Assembly: GCA_002633005.1 (NCBI GenBank)
Contig: NMRA01000190.1
Span: 549,157-613,156, forward strand
Source: Phoronis australis
Lineage: Eukaryota; Animalia; Phoronida
Reading direction: 5' to 3'
DNA length: 64,000 nt
Made by a program: the position numbers and the translations under genes. Of the stretch, positions 52,701 to 64,000 are shown in pieces; positions within the stretch are counted from its first letter, which is position 1; every line of letters starts with the position of its first letter. The notes under the pieces were generated by a model. The model was given only the letters and a program-made list of their open reading frames with translations. It made no database searches and was not told where the DNA came from.

Positions 52701-55635
52701 ACAATAACAGCCTACAAGAAATGGCGTATTATAACAACAGGATGGAAAAACCATCCAGTGATTAGGCTGGCTAATCAGCACAGAGTCACAATAGCTGAAG
52801 TGATTGCAGCGCCCAGCCCATACCCTGGTCCCCCGGAGTTTTAGAGTCTGGTAACAAGATTGAATGTCTGGGTGCAGCGCTTGCACATTTCAACCAAAGA
52901 ATTTAAAGGAATGGCTGGCCAGAGTGTTTTGGTTACTGAACTGACATTTCTCCAAGTACCTCAAAAGTTACAACACAACCTTGCATTTATTTAAATACCC
53001 ATGTCACATAGTGTCACATACCAGCCATATAGTCAGCAATATTGGGTTTATCTAATCAAATCAGCAGTCCTAGGCAACAGTACTGAACACCACCACCCAG
53101 TTGACATGGCCAGACATAAAGGAACAGATAGTTACAGATTTATCTCTCAACAATTCACCACTCACTGCAGCCAGGAGAATAGAAGTGATATTGCAATGTA
53201 AGACAGTGACACAGCATGGACCTTGGGCATTGATAGCAGCTAACACAAGAATATTGTCTATCCTGACACTCTTCACAGTCCAACCTCAGTATACATGCAA
53301 CGGGAAGTGACTGTACCTATTCTCCATTAAAGTACTACCATCATTAACAATGTTCTCCACTGGGAAGTCTGAGGCTGTAGCCCATCTCTCAAAGTGCTTG
53401 TACCTATAACAGATAAAGGAACATCATGTAACCTATAACAGAAAAAGGAACATCATGAATCTATAACAGATAAAGGAACATCGCGCCCCTGTACACTGTC
53501 AAAATGTATCTGAATTTACTGCTTTCAACGACGGAGTATTTGACACTTGCTCAAATTCTCTTAGAACTTTCCATCTAAAACAAAAACGAAACTCAGCAAA
53601 TCCCTAGCAGTCTAATTGGGTCAGAAAATTTCTCACATTTTGTCACAAAATCCTCAAAATGTCACAGAACTTCAGGCAAGCAAGTTATGTCAGAGAATGT
53701 CACAACGTCACAGAGAATCTACTCTGAGTTTTATATGTAAGAAAACATGCTTCTAAGCAATTGTTAACTACATGGTACACTTATTCATCTGACTGGAAAC
53801 TGAAGACAGGATTGATGACGAGACATGTTTCAGCAACAATGTAAAGTCAAGCCTCGTCTCCAATTCTTTGACTGACAGAAATTTACTATAAGTACATATC
53901 TGTACCGGCCAATACTATAAGTACATATCTGTAACGTCCATTAGAAGCTAACATCGTCTAACATAATCAGAAACAAATACTATAACTTACTGAGATTGAG
54001 ATATTCATAAATACTAGAACTTACTTGTCCGCGTTTGTGACCAAATAAACTTCGCTAAATAGTTGTCGGCTACAAATGAAACAAATGTCCATAGACTTAA
54101 TTAACATAATGATAAAAATCCATTTTGTTAAGCATCAGCCATCAGACGGTAAAATCTTACTAATCAAGAACACAATCTGTAAGACAAGTGAAATGTTATT
54201 TTCTCACTTTTTACCTAAATGATAAGTTTCCCCAAATTAATGCTTACTGCATCATGTTCAAGTTCTGCACTACTATCAGACAATGTTTTGAAAAACTATG
54301 GGTATTCACTGAAATGCTAGAAAACCTTGAAATATGAAAAAGAATAATTTTGTTTTTCATCTAAAATGTGTGAGCTTTTACTGTAACTATTATGCATTAT
54401 AATTGTAAGTTTTACTTACTGGAATTCAGTTATAAGTAAAACATAAATTATAGTACATTTAAGATAATAGCCAAGAGTAACAGTAAAAGATACAATGTGT
54501 AAATTGTGTTGCATTTTTAAAAAGGTTAACAATTAACTTGACTGTAACCTTGTTTACATAATTTAACCTTCTCCTTAAGTGGTGGTGGCTAGTGAAGTTC
54601 AGAGAGTTCATCAATGTTACCTACGTCTTGATTGCCTCCCACCAGTAGTCTAGGATGCGCTTGCCTCCAACACCCGGTAGCAAAGCCTTAGGCACTCCAG
54701 CCAGGTGACAGTATTTAGGCGACATCTGGTGGACAAACAAATTTATTTTTCTGTGCAATAAACAATCTCAATCAGTTTTACGTCAAGCCGCTTTGCAGCA
54801 AATTTTGGATTGAAAACTTTTAGTATTCTACACTGGTCTCAGCACACTCAGATTAGATGGGAACTCTGGGATACAATAAAAACTCTTCAGTTTGGGACAG
54901 TCTCTAAACATTGGGATATCGGAATTCAAGCCAAAATTGAATTTTCTGATTCTGAAGTTTGGGACATGGGTGATTTTGGCATTCATAATATTTCTCAAAA
55001 ATCAGACATTGCATTAATTGAATTAAAAAAGGCTGAAAATAGATTTGGCAGTTCACAAAATCATAGACAGTAGCCAGCGACACAATGTTTTCATGCATCC
55101 ACATAGTGTGTAACAGCGAGGTGAATGACTACTGATGATCGTAATTCTGGAATTCGGGATGACAACTTTTGCCCGTTTCTATTAATTTTGGTAATAATTC
55201 CAATCTTGAGCAAAATATTTAGGTATTCACTGTCCCAGACTGTAGACTTTTTACTGTATAAATCACTGGCCATTCATTTTTTCATAACTTGGCTAGTGAG
55301 TCACTTTATGCACCATGCAAGTCCTTCAAGCAGAGCTATATGTATAAGTGTAGGGCAAAGTTTTAACAACGTGAATGTGACTATTAATATATTTGAGTGA
55401 ATTTCCAAGTTCTTCGGCTATCCCAAGTTCACACACAGGCGATCTTGACATCAAGTGGAATACCAAGTTCAAGTACATCAGACCAACAACACGACCAGCT
55501 GTCATTTCCCGTCGCCGTCGGTCTTAGAAATGATGAACACATATTTGATAGAAATTTGAAAACTTGTTTGATTTTTACCTTGATCTCACTTTCCAGAACA
55601 GTTGCATGTCCTGCTACTAATATAATACAAATCAT
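40763..55635 (-). CDS. gkup: Bifunctional nucleotidyltransferase (putative UDP-GlcA pyrophosphorylase) plus glucuronokinase (GHMP kinase), 615 aa, 18 exons
   Basis: Exons 55635-55579, 54725-54625, 54069-54025, 53403-53317, 52645-52579, 51725-51562, 50524-50368, 49724-49647, 48951-48857, 48632-48527, 47947-47868, 47196-47128, 46136-46001, 45277-45124, 44278-44107, 43102-43034, 41661-41526, 40837-40763 (1848 nt, phases consistent). NTP-transferase motifs: [42 protein letters not shown]. Glucuronokinase motifs: [69 protein letters not shown]. Confidence 0.95.
41969..42197. mobile_element. Probable DNA-transposon end (TTAA-AGG start, Kolobok-like), cut by the gap
   Basis: ttaaaggagcatgccacc starts an abrupt CpG-rich segment inside a CpG-poor intron. 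The other end was not identified. Confidence 0.35.
42198..42737. other. Assembly gap
   Basis: Run of N inside a gkup intron; the exon chain is complete without it. Confidence 1.
42738..42808. repeat. 21-bp minisatellite (actggctagcagatagtacac) abutting the gap
   Basis: About 3.4 visible units; the array probably continues into the gap. Confidence 0.9.
53404..53483 (-). repeat. Triplicated 28-29 bp splice acceptor of gkup exon 4
   Basis: On the minus strand gatgttccttt(a/t)tctgttatag occurs three times in tandem. Confidence 0.9.
53884..53942. repeat. 29-bp tandem duplication
   Basis: tactataagtacatatctgta occurs twice. Confidence 0.8.
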
Positions 55636-55750
55636 TGTTAAGCTGTTCCTTTGCTGTTTAGGCCATTAATCGCTAAATTTTCTCCTCGACGAGCAACACT
55701 GCAAATCAAGCGAAGCGCCATTTAAGAGTTTACATCCGGGTGCTTTTAAA
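55636..55750. promoter_or_regulatory. Bidirectional promoter and 5' UTRs of gkup and SDHD
   Basis: Divergent ATGs are 115 bp apart. The region is CpG-rich, with YY1-like motifs in both orientations (gcgccattt at 55715-55723; aaaatggcg at 55748-55756) around an ETS-like acatccgg. Confidence 0.75.
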
Positions 55751-58700
55751 ATGGCGACGCTCTGCCTGCTCAGGATTTATACCAGAGGTAACTTACGTAA
55801 TTTCAACCATACGCTGTGGAAAAAATATTCAGATGTCCATCCTCTTTTCTTTTTAACATCTGGTGAAGTCTTCAGCTATTTATAATATCGTTTTACTGGT
55901 GGCAGTGTACCAGTTTCTTACATTTTTATTTGACCTTTTCCATCATAATTTGACCTTCCACTCCACCATCTCTCCACCGGTGAGGCGAGAACTCAAAATT
56001 TACTTCTAGTTCTACCCCCAACACCTTGAAGGAATTTTACTTTGTTACTGTAACATTATTACTGTATATGCCTATGAAACAGTGGCGGTTCCTGGTGAAA
56101 CTGGTCAAAGATCCATACACTCATGACAGTCGATTCAAGAGACATGACAGTTGAGCACTGCCATTTCCCTTCTCAGATTGCATAATTTCCAATTTTTAAT
56201 TAGGCCCTACATGGAGTTGTGTGGTGGGCTGGCATGGTTCTAATTATTTAGTCACTTTCATATTAGAAGCGAAACTTCGCTTTTACCAAAGTTTCGGTAC
56301 GTGGGAAAAGTTAACTCTGGTAGTTAATCTGCTGGCGAAACTGCACTTAAAATAGTAGGATTTAAAAGTGACGCTTCGGTACTCACCGAAGGTTCGGTGT
56401 AGTGGAAACACTGAAAGCAAAACTTCATTGCAATTATTGGTAGAGGTCGCATCAACGATATACGATCACGCGAGACTTCTAAAACGTGTTCGTTGTTTCG
56501 TTGTTTTTATAGCATAGCCGACGTGCTCTCAATAGACGAAAGTAAATAAATAAATGAAAGCATATCTGATGATTTTCATGAACACTCGTAAAAGGCAAGC
56601 AAATAATTTTCAGTTAGACTCGAATCCACTATTCAGTATTCGTTTGAGAGTATGAATGAACTGCGTCGTCTGTTGTCATAGTGATAACTTCGATATCCGT
56701 GTGTAGTCTGAAAGGTAAGCGGAGGTTCAGCAAAGCTTCAATAAACAGAAGTTACCCTAATGGGAAAGCACTTTTTGACACCGCTTTTGAAAAGTTCATG
56801 CTCAACCGACTAGCAGTATGTCATCAGTGTTTTATGTACTTGTCTGCTCTTTACAAAGCGTCTGACTGTCTCGGCTTTTTGTATAAACTTGTAAATTTGT
56901 TTCTGTTTCAGGCTGCAGTGCAGTTGGTCTATAAATACACATTAGCTCCCATGCAGATGGTCTGTGAAATATATTGTTAATGTTCCAGGCTCCTGTGCAA
57001 TTGGTGTGCAGCACATTGTTTCTGTTCAAGGCTCCCGTGCAGGTTATCTGCAATACATTGTTTCTGTTCCAGGCTCCCATGCAGTTGGTCTCCTAAAGCC
57101 TCAGGTTCTTCTCACTAAGAAGCTTCCTCCAACATTAGCTGCTGCATGTAACTCAAAGTCCCTCACACTGTCATCTACAAGACAACAGGGTGACTCTGAA
57201 GGTTTGTCTTATCAAACTAAATTGGGTTTGGATTATAAGATAAGTTTATTAATGTGACAGTGGTAGAAAGTTGACATTTGCATGTGAAGTAAGGTTCAAA
57301 AGCATGAAAGAAATCAAGACTTTATTGTCGCAATTGGGAAGTATTACGTGAAATGTGTAGTTATGGATTCTCTGAAAATTTAAACACAGAATTTAATAAA
57401 ATTAAAAAGTCAGATTTTAATCATGTGGTTTTTAAAAATTGAATTTGGTGTCCTCTTCTGTGCTGTTGGCCTTAAGACATCGATGCTGACTCCAGCAATA
57501 AGGTTTTAAGCCTGACTGAACATATTCACCACAACAACTCGATTTTATCTTATGCATCTCAGTTTGTAATCTGAGGCAACTAATTCTGAAAGCCTGTTTG
57601 TGCTGCTGTTTCACCATGTTCACCTCTGCCTTTGTGAGATGAATTTTTTGTTTGTCATGCTTTTGCCAATTTAAAGCAATTCTGAGAACCACAGCTAGTG
57701 TATATTAAAAATGACAAGAGCTCCCAGATATGTGTTGAAAATTAGAGATCCTTTGCATTTATGGACGTCGATCATGTTCCAGTTCCAGGTCACAGTCACA
57801 CAAACCATTGGATGGCAGAGAGAGTGGCAGCTGTCTCTCTCATTGGTCTCCTACCCGCTGCCTACTACCTTCATCAGCCAGCCATGAACTACATACTGTG
57901 TGCTGGTATAGTACTACATACACACTGGTAAGTTGTGCATGTTGAGTCAGGTGTGGGTTTGGGTGCAGGTGTGGGTGCAGGTGTGAGTGTAAGTGTGGGT
58001 GCAGGTGTGAGTGTAAGTGTGGGTGCAGGTGTGGGTGCAAATGTGGGTGTAGAGAGAGGTCCAGCCAGAGGTCTGGGTGATCTGGGCACCCCCTTGCTTG
58101 GTCACCATCTTGGTATGGTGGGGCAATGTCTGTTATTTTTAGTCATTATTAGAGCCTCCTTGGTTAATATCATGGATCTGTGCCTAGGTTTTGCATATTG
58201 GTTTGATTTTTGTGCGTTCACATATTTATATGTGTGCGCATTACGCCATCATCCCTGTCCATCTGTCCGGCATCTGTCCAGCGTCCGCTGCTCTGTCTCC
58301 AAAACCCTTTGATGTATGTTCATGAAATTTTGCACGTGTTCCTTTTATGGATGAGACGGCATGAGCAGAATTTTGGATGGATCCGAATACCGGTGTGCCC
58401 CCCAGTGTCAATTTTATTTTTTTTACGTTTACGTCTATCTTCTAAGGCCCTCAACGGATTTTCGTAAAATTTTGGAAGATAGGCATCTGTTATTGAGGTG
58501 ACGCCATCCTTACATTTTATGATGGGTTTGAAGTATTTTTCACCACCTAGTGGCCATTTTTACTGTTTTTAAGTCTTTTTTAGGTCCACCCCTCTATCAT
58601 TCAAGAATGATTGTGAAAATTGGCATATGTGATCCTACTATGAAGAAGAAGGCTGTCAATGATTTCCCTTGACTTTGACTACTGTGGCCCTTCCTAGTGG

Positions 58701-60205
58701 TATTTTTTGGGCTCATGGCTGTATCTTCTAAACCCTCTGCAGGATCTTTATTACATTTAGCAAGTATATTTATATGAAGTTGACTACGGACAATGACAAC
58801 TTTCAGATGGATCCGACAAACGCTGTGCACCCTAATGGCACTTTCATTTATTTCCATTTTCATCTGTTTCTCTGTTTGATGGATTGTTATGAAGTTTGGT
58901 AAATAGCTTTCTATTAAAGAAATGCATGGATTCGACTGGTTTTGCCCCCTCTAGAGACCATTTATACTAATATTGTAGTCTGATTTTGGCGTCCGCCCCT
59001 CTTTCAACCAAACCACTCAGAGGGTGATTTAGAAAATTGGCGTTTATGTTTCTACTGTGAAGAGGACGGCTGAGTATTTTTGGATGACTCGGACTACTGT
59101 GGCGCCTCCTAGTGGCAATTTTTTTGCGTGTACGGTTGTGTCTTCCAAACCCTCTGCAGGATCTTTATTGAATTTGGCAACTATATTTATGTGTAGTTGA
59201 CAATGGACAACAAGGATATTTGGATGCATCTGACTATGGCTGTGCACCCTATTGGCAATTTATTAATTTTTTGCTGTTCTCTGTCTCTTTAAAACTCCTT
59301 GGCAGATTTCGACTTCCGGTGTTAATCCCTAATGGCAATTTATTTTTTGCGTTTGCCTTTGTACCTTTAGAGTTGCACTTGTTTTCGTGTGTACTCATGT
59401 AGGCCCAGTCGTATGTATGCCAAGCTATGCCGTTATCCGAAGTCAGGTGCGTGTGCCTTTATGCAAAAGCTTCACGCAACACAAATGAGCATTGTATAAG
59501 CGTTTGCACAAAGATTGGGTTATTTGTTACAGCAAGTGTTGACTGCATTTTGTTTAAATGGAATAGTGATAAAAATGGATAAAAATGTCCATCTGCCTGC
59601 AGTAAAATGACTTATAAATTGAGGACGCATACTGAAAGTCATTTTGTGCAAGACATGGTTTGGTCATTTCACTTGTGACAGATTGTTATAACTCTTCATG
59701 TTTGCTATTGTCTCCTGATTGTTATAACTCTTCATGTTAGTTATTGTCGCCTGATTGTTATAACTCTTCATGTTTGTTATTGTCACCTGATTGTTATAAC
59801 TCTTCATGTTTGTTATTGTCGCCTGATTGTTATAACTCTTCATGTTTGTTATTGTCACCTGATTGTTATAACTCTTCATGTTTGTTATTGTCACCTGATT
59901 GTTATAACTCTTCATGTTTGTTATTGTCGCCTGATTGTATCAGGATATATTGCCTGTGACTTTCAAGCATACATACTATTTCATTTTGTTGTTCCAGGGG
60001 TGTGGCAGGCGTTTCCACCGACTACGTTCATGGTTATCCGTCGGCGACCGGTGAGAGGCGATACACGTGGTTACCACCTGTGGTCAAGCTAGCGGTGATG
60101 ACCATGTCGGCCACAGCATTTTTCGGTTTGTGTTACTTTAACTACAATGACGTCGGTGTGATCAAAGCCATTCGCATGTTGTGGGACAGTGACCAGAAGC
60201 AATGA
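55751..60205 (+). CDS. SDHD: Succinate dehydrogenase cytochrome b small subunit (CybS), mitochondrial, ~168-172 aa
   Basis: Exons 55751-55787 (MATLCLLRIYTR), 57073-57189 (or 57201), 57783-57927 (HWMAERVAAVSLIGLLPAAY...LHTHW), 59998-60205 (GVAGVSTDYVHG...FGLCYFNYNDVGVIKAIRMLW). Four coding exons with the canonical HW..ER, H.HWG and DY.H motifs. Confidence 0.95.
56896..57090 (+). repeat. 42-bp degenerate tandem repeat spanning the SDHD intron 1/exon 2 boundary
   Basis: Units cattgtttctgttccag|gctcccatgcagttggtct, with AG ending at 56911, 56945, 56988, 57030 and 57072. Confidence 0.85.
57948..58050. repeat. GT-rich minisatellite (caggtgtgggtg / gtgtgagtgtaa)
   Basis: Visible 12-bp units; they explain the spurious HP/TPAP ORFs. 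Confidence 0.9.
58250..59345. mobile_element. Interspersed repeat with an internal ~420-bp direct duplication
   Basis: 58600-58850 matches 59030-59270 (gactactgtggc..ctagtgg, aaaccctctgcaggatctttatt), with recurring c(c/t)acctagtggc and atgaaattt motifs typical of non-autonomous DNA elements. Confidence 0.6.
59681..59938. repeat. 36-bp minisatellite, ~7 copies, just upstream of SDHD exon 4
   Basis: Unit ctgattgttataactcttcatgtttgttattgtc(a/g)c. Confidence 0.97.
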
Positions 60206-61486
60206 ATACAAACAAGATGGAACAATGTTAAGCTTGTTACTTTCAGTAATTCAGCAGCAAGTAACTATGCAGTTTGTTGTTTAACTTTCAGTGTGGGGTT
60301 TTGTGACGTAACCTGTAATTAAGATGTTTTGTCGGTGCTGTGCCAAAGGTTCTTGAGTATAGAGTGTACAGCGTGGGTGTCTCAGGGCCGGATTTGACTG
60401 AGATTGGTAGTTTGCAAGTTGCATAGTTAAGTGTTGAATTAGTAGAAGAAATTGCAATTAGAATCAGTGTTCTGGTGATATATGAAGGCAGTTTAGTTTG
60501 TCAAACGTATTGTTCCAGTGTTTGCTTATTTATAATAATGTTTAATTTTGTGTTAGCCAGACGCCCGAGGAAAATCCAAGGTTTCCGCGACTTCCGCTTA
60601 CTGAGTCCAGCCAGTTGTTTCTTGAATTCCACTCCAATTTTGTTATTTCTTTTGGTTCTGTTAATTCTCAGATCCTTTTTTCACATTAGCTTAGTATATC
60701 TGGTCACGACGTATTCAATTCACTTTTCAAGCTGAAAGATAATCAAATGACATAGTCGTCCGAGTTAATGGCCACATTCCGCTAAATGCCCACCTCTTAG
60801 TTTTCACGCCCATGTTTAGTTGTATTCCTACTGGCTGTTTATACCAACAGCACTTTTACTTTGTCCTGTGATGTAACCAACAGTATCTTGGGTATGATAA
60901 GCCAATGTTTCACTATAGACTGTTACATGTGACGTGACAATGACATGAATGCAACTCATGTATTTATTAAGCTGAATCAGTATCTTGGGTAAACACCCAC
61001 CTCTGCTCGACTTTGAAGAGCTTCATTTTTAAACACTTCCACCTCTATTGTCTGGCTTTCGCGATTCAGACTCTGTGATTGTTAGCCCGGACTTAATGGT
61101 ACTACTGCGTTAATGTCTGAATGCTTCTTTTTGGGCTTAATTGCCTTCTCTAGACAACATTTTAAGTACGGCCAGATAGTATTGATTGAAGTAACTCCTT
61201 GTGCTGGAAATTCCAACTTTCTCCACTTATCTGGTGCTTTGTTGTGTAATGCATGGCGATGCCTCGCAGACTTATATGATATTGTTTTTCTCACCCGAAA
61301 CTTGCCTCTACAGAACGCAATCCTGGTTGTGACCGCTTGTTTTTGCCTTTCCGTTTCTAGTCTCAGCAGTAGTTTTACTGGTGTATGTATAATGGAGACA
61401 TTGCTGCATTGTCTGGCAACTTTTGTTTTTTACTCTAACTTATACAAATGCCGTGAAAACAAAAATCCCGTGGATTAGTTGATTAA

Positions 61487-61790
61487 GGGCTGTTCATGAA
61501 AAATCCATGTGTGAAGGAAGATGCTTTATTCACCCACTACAGGTGATAATACCTACTGAGACAAATGTATGGATCAAAAACACAAAAATCTGGTATGCAT
61601 TTTTTACATGAACAACTGGTAATTTTTATTTCGTCTGGATGTGATAGTGTTATATTTTTTAAGTAAAATAGTGGTATATTTTATGTATTTTATTAAAAAT
61701 ACGTAAAATATACCACTATTGCGTGGACACAATTGCAATTTTTATTTTAAGTACCTTCCCCCTCTCATACTGATTTGACTGGAACAGCCC
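61487..61790. mobile_element. MITE with short TIRs and an internal near-perfect hairpin
   Basis: gggctgttc ... gaacagccc, flanked by taa/caa; a 25-bp stem lies at 61667-61720. Confidence 0.55.
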
Positions 61791-64000
61791 CAATGTGGTT
61801 TGTCATGAATGGCAAAGGCTGGAGTTTATAGTGACCACCTCCAGAAGACTGCTGGTGTGGTTACTTGGCAGTAATTAGTTTGTTGGAACTTTCCATTGCA
61901 TTTTAAGCCTGCTTGTCCATTTCATTTGACCAATAAACTATTTTTCGTTATCCAAGATGTGTTTTGTTCGTGATTGTAAAGTTTCTTATCAGAACGTTCT
62001 TGCAGATGGTTATGGTTGGGTGCAGATGAAGAGTTATGAGTGTTGCCTCAAGTAAAAGTTAAATTTATATTTTGGCCTAATGATTTCCATTCTTGAGGTG
62101 AATCTCTCAGGAGATAAATCATCATAATGGTGCCTTCCTGGAAGTGTTCCACGGTGAACAGAGTACAGTGGCCTCTATCATTTGCCCATTTAATTCGAGG
62201 ATTTCATCTGTGGCACTGCTGTTGTTTTCCAAATGCATTGTATGATGGTCATCGGCTAGTTAACATTCGCTGATATTACAGAATACTGCTGATGCACAAT
62301 CAGTGTGATGAGAAGCAACTTCATGTATTCAACTGTGTACAAATGTTTCTTCACCGTAACATCACACACCACATGGCATGTTCATTTTGTCCAAAGTGTG
62401 GCTTGGAGGCCCATAATTTACTACTTGATGGACACATAACCCGCCTGGTTGACATTGTTAGTTCATACACTTGTTTAATAGTATTTTTGTCTTCTGAAAC
62501 AAATGGGCAGATTGGAGTATTTTACCCAAAAGGAAACCGATGGTGTTGGGTCTCCATGAGTAATAACCAGGTGATTAGTGTAATGGGTCCAGCCTTGCAG
62601 CTTAAACATGCCTGATATACTGCAAAATGAATCGGGCCAGCTGCACTCTTTTTTAATGTTTCTGCGGCATGGAACCGGAGTATCTTTGAGGTAAAATTCA
62701 TCTAGTTGACCAGTATCATAATAGACATGCTATTAGTTCTAGTGCCAATGGCAATATATCTCCATGAAACCAGGATTAACTTTTATCGGTTATTTAAATT
62801 TTTTAATTTTTTCCAATAACATTTTAAGTCAATTTCCAGTATTCTTTCTTATCGGGACCCTATGGGAGATTAGTATTGTCACACTGAATAGGTTTTACAC
62901 TGAATAAGTCTTACTTGTCATTTGACCCCACACAATTTGAAGCACCAGTCAACCATAACATGCTTTCGTGGAATAAATGCATTGATTGGCAATTTTTTGT
63001 ACGAGATTCTTGAAGTACTTGTAATTCGATTACGCTGAAGTTGCCTAACGCACAGCCACCACCTAACTTGCAAGTAACAAATGCATTACACACCCCCAAG
63101 TTATTTGTGATGTAACCGTCCCACAATGCATTGGAAAATGACAGGAACAACATAAATGAAATCCTTCCAATTCACAGACTTTAAGTAATACGGCACTTTC
63201 CTCACTGTTTGTGTGTAACTACATGTTCATGGCTATCTCGGGACAGTGTGCTTAACTCAAAAGATCTCTGCATGTGCCAAGTTAAATGTTGACAAAGATA
63301 CCACATCAGAGTAGTTAATATGTTATTGCCGGAATCAGAAATCTATATTGAGGTTCTGCAAGGCAAAAATTGCCCCAAATCTTAAAGTTGAACTTGATAA
63401 TATTGTAACATCGGATTCACTCAAATGCCAATGCATATAAATAAAAGTGTCAATAACTTATCAATGCTCAAATGAAATGAAGAAGTTTACCAAAGAAAAC
63501 ACTTTCTTGTACATGGTCATGTTTATTTCTAGAAATATACCATTTTGCCACATTGTAAATACATGCCACCACAAAATAGTCCTCAGTCACCAAGCCAGAG
63601 AAAGATTTACATTTTTCACATTTGCATTAAGGAGTCTAACAAGCCTTTCTCAATTTTGCATACACAATGTTTCAAATGTTCTGCACAAAGCTGATGATTC
63701 ATTTCCAAAGGCCCAATAGCCTCATGTCATTACATCTACTTACACACAAAAGGCTGCAAGGACAGACCCTCTAACGCTAGCTGCACACGATGCGACAACT
63801 GCCGTGCACCCAGTTTACACCTGGCTGTGACTGGCTAGCTGAGCTTGTCCGCATATCGTGCTACCTAGGACACAGCTCTCTAACTTGAGCCAGCTTCATG
63901 TGATCAGCTGACATGTATGACTGATCACACTCCAAAAATAGCCATGTCAAGAATGAGCATGTATCCTGTGACACGTGAGCAATTGAACAAACACCCTCCG

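Noticed and set aside
57840-58312. His/Pro-, Thr/Pro- and Gly/Val-rich ORFs
   Set aside because: Translations of a GT-rich minisatellite in SDHD intron 3.
59681-59938. 36-bp repeat array as a CRISPR or a repeat-protein ORF
   Set aside because: Units are contiguous with no unique spacers and lie in a eukaryotic intron; it is a minisatellite.
60400-64000. Short ORFs at the right end
   Set aside because: No recognisable domains or consistent splice chain; probably UTR, intergenic or decayed repeat sequence.

Overview
This is AT-rich, intron-rich animal genomic DNA, most consistent with an invertebrate deuterostome (inference from gene content and repeat types; the species cannot be determined from sequence alone). 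It has two N gaps. Exons were assembled by hand from GT-AG junctions with consistent phase. Genes left to right: (1) a 5'-partial meiotic HORMAD/Hop1 gene that keeps a PHD plus winged-helix chromatin-binding region and an 11-nt microexon; (2) a convergent FAM124-family gene; (3) an intronless gene for a small polycystin-1-like 2-TM protein, present twice around a gap and probably two alleles; (4) a PAFAH1B2/B3 alpha subunit whose first intron holds an unexplained coding-like island with ubiquitin-fold-like motifs; (5) an 18-exon nucleotidyltransferase plus glucuronokinase fusion gene (gkup-like); (6) SDHD, head-to-head with the gkup-like gene, with only 115 bp between start codons. Many MITEs, minisatellites and tandemly duplicated splice acceptors are present. 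The best leads for new biology are the island in PAFAH1B intron 1, the stand-alone polycystin fragment, the very compact gkup/SDHD bidirectional promoter with a presequence-like uORF, and the duplicated acceptors.
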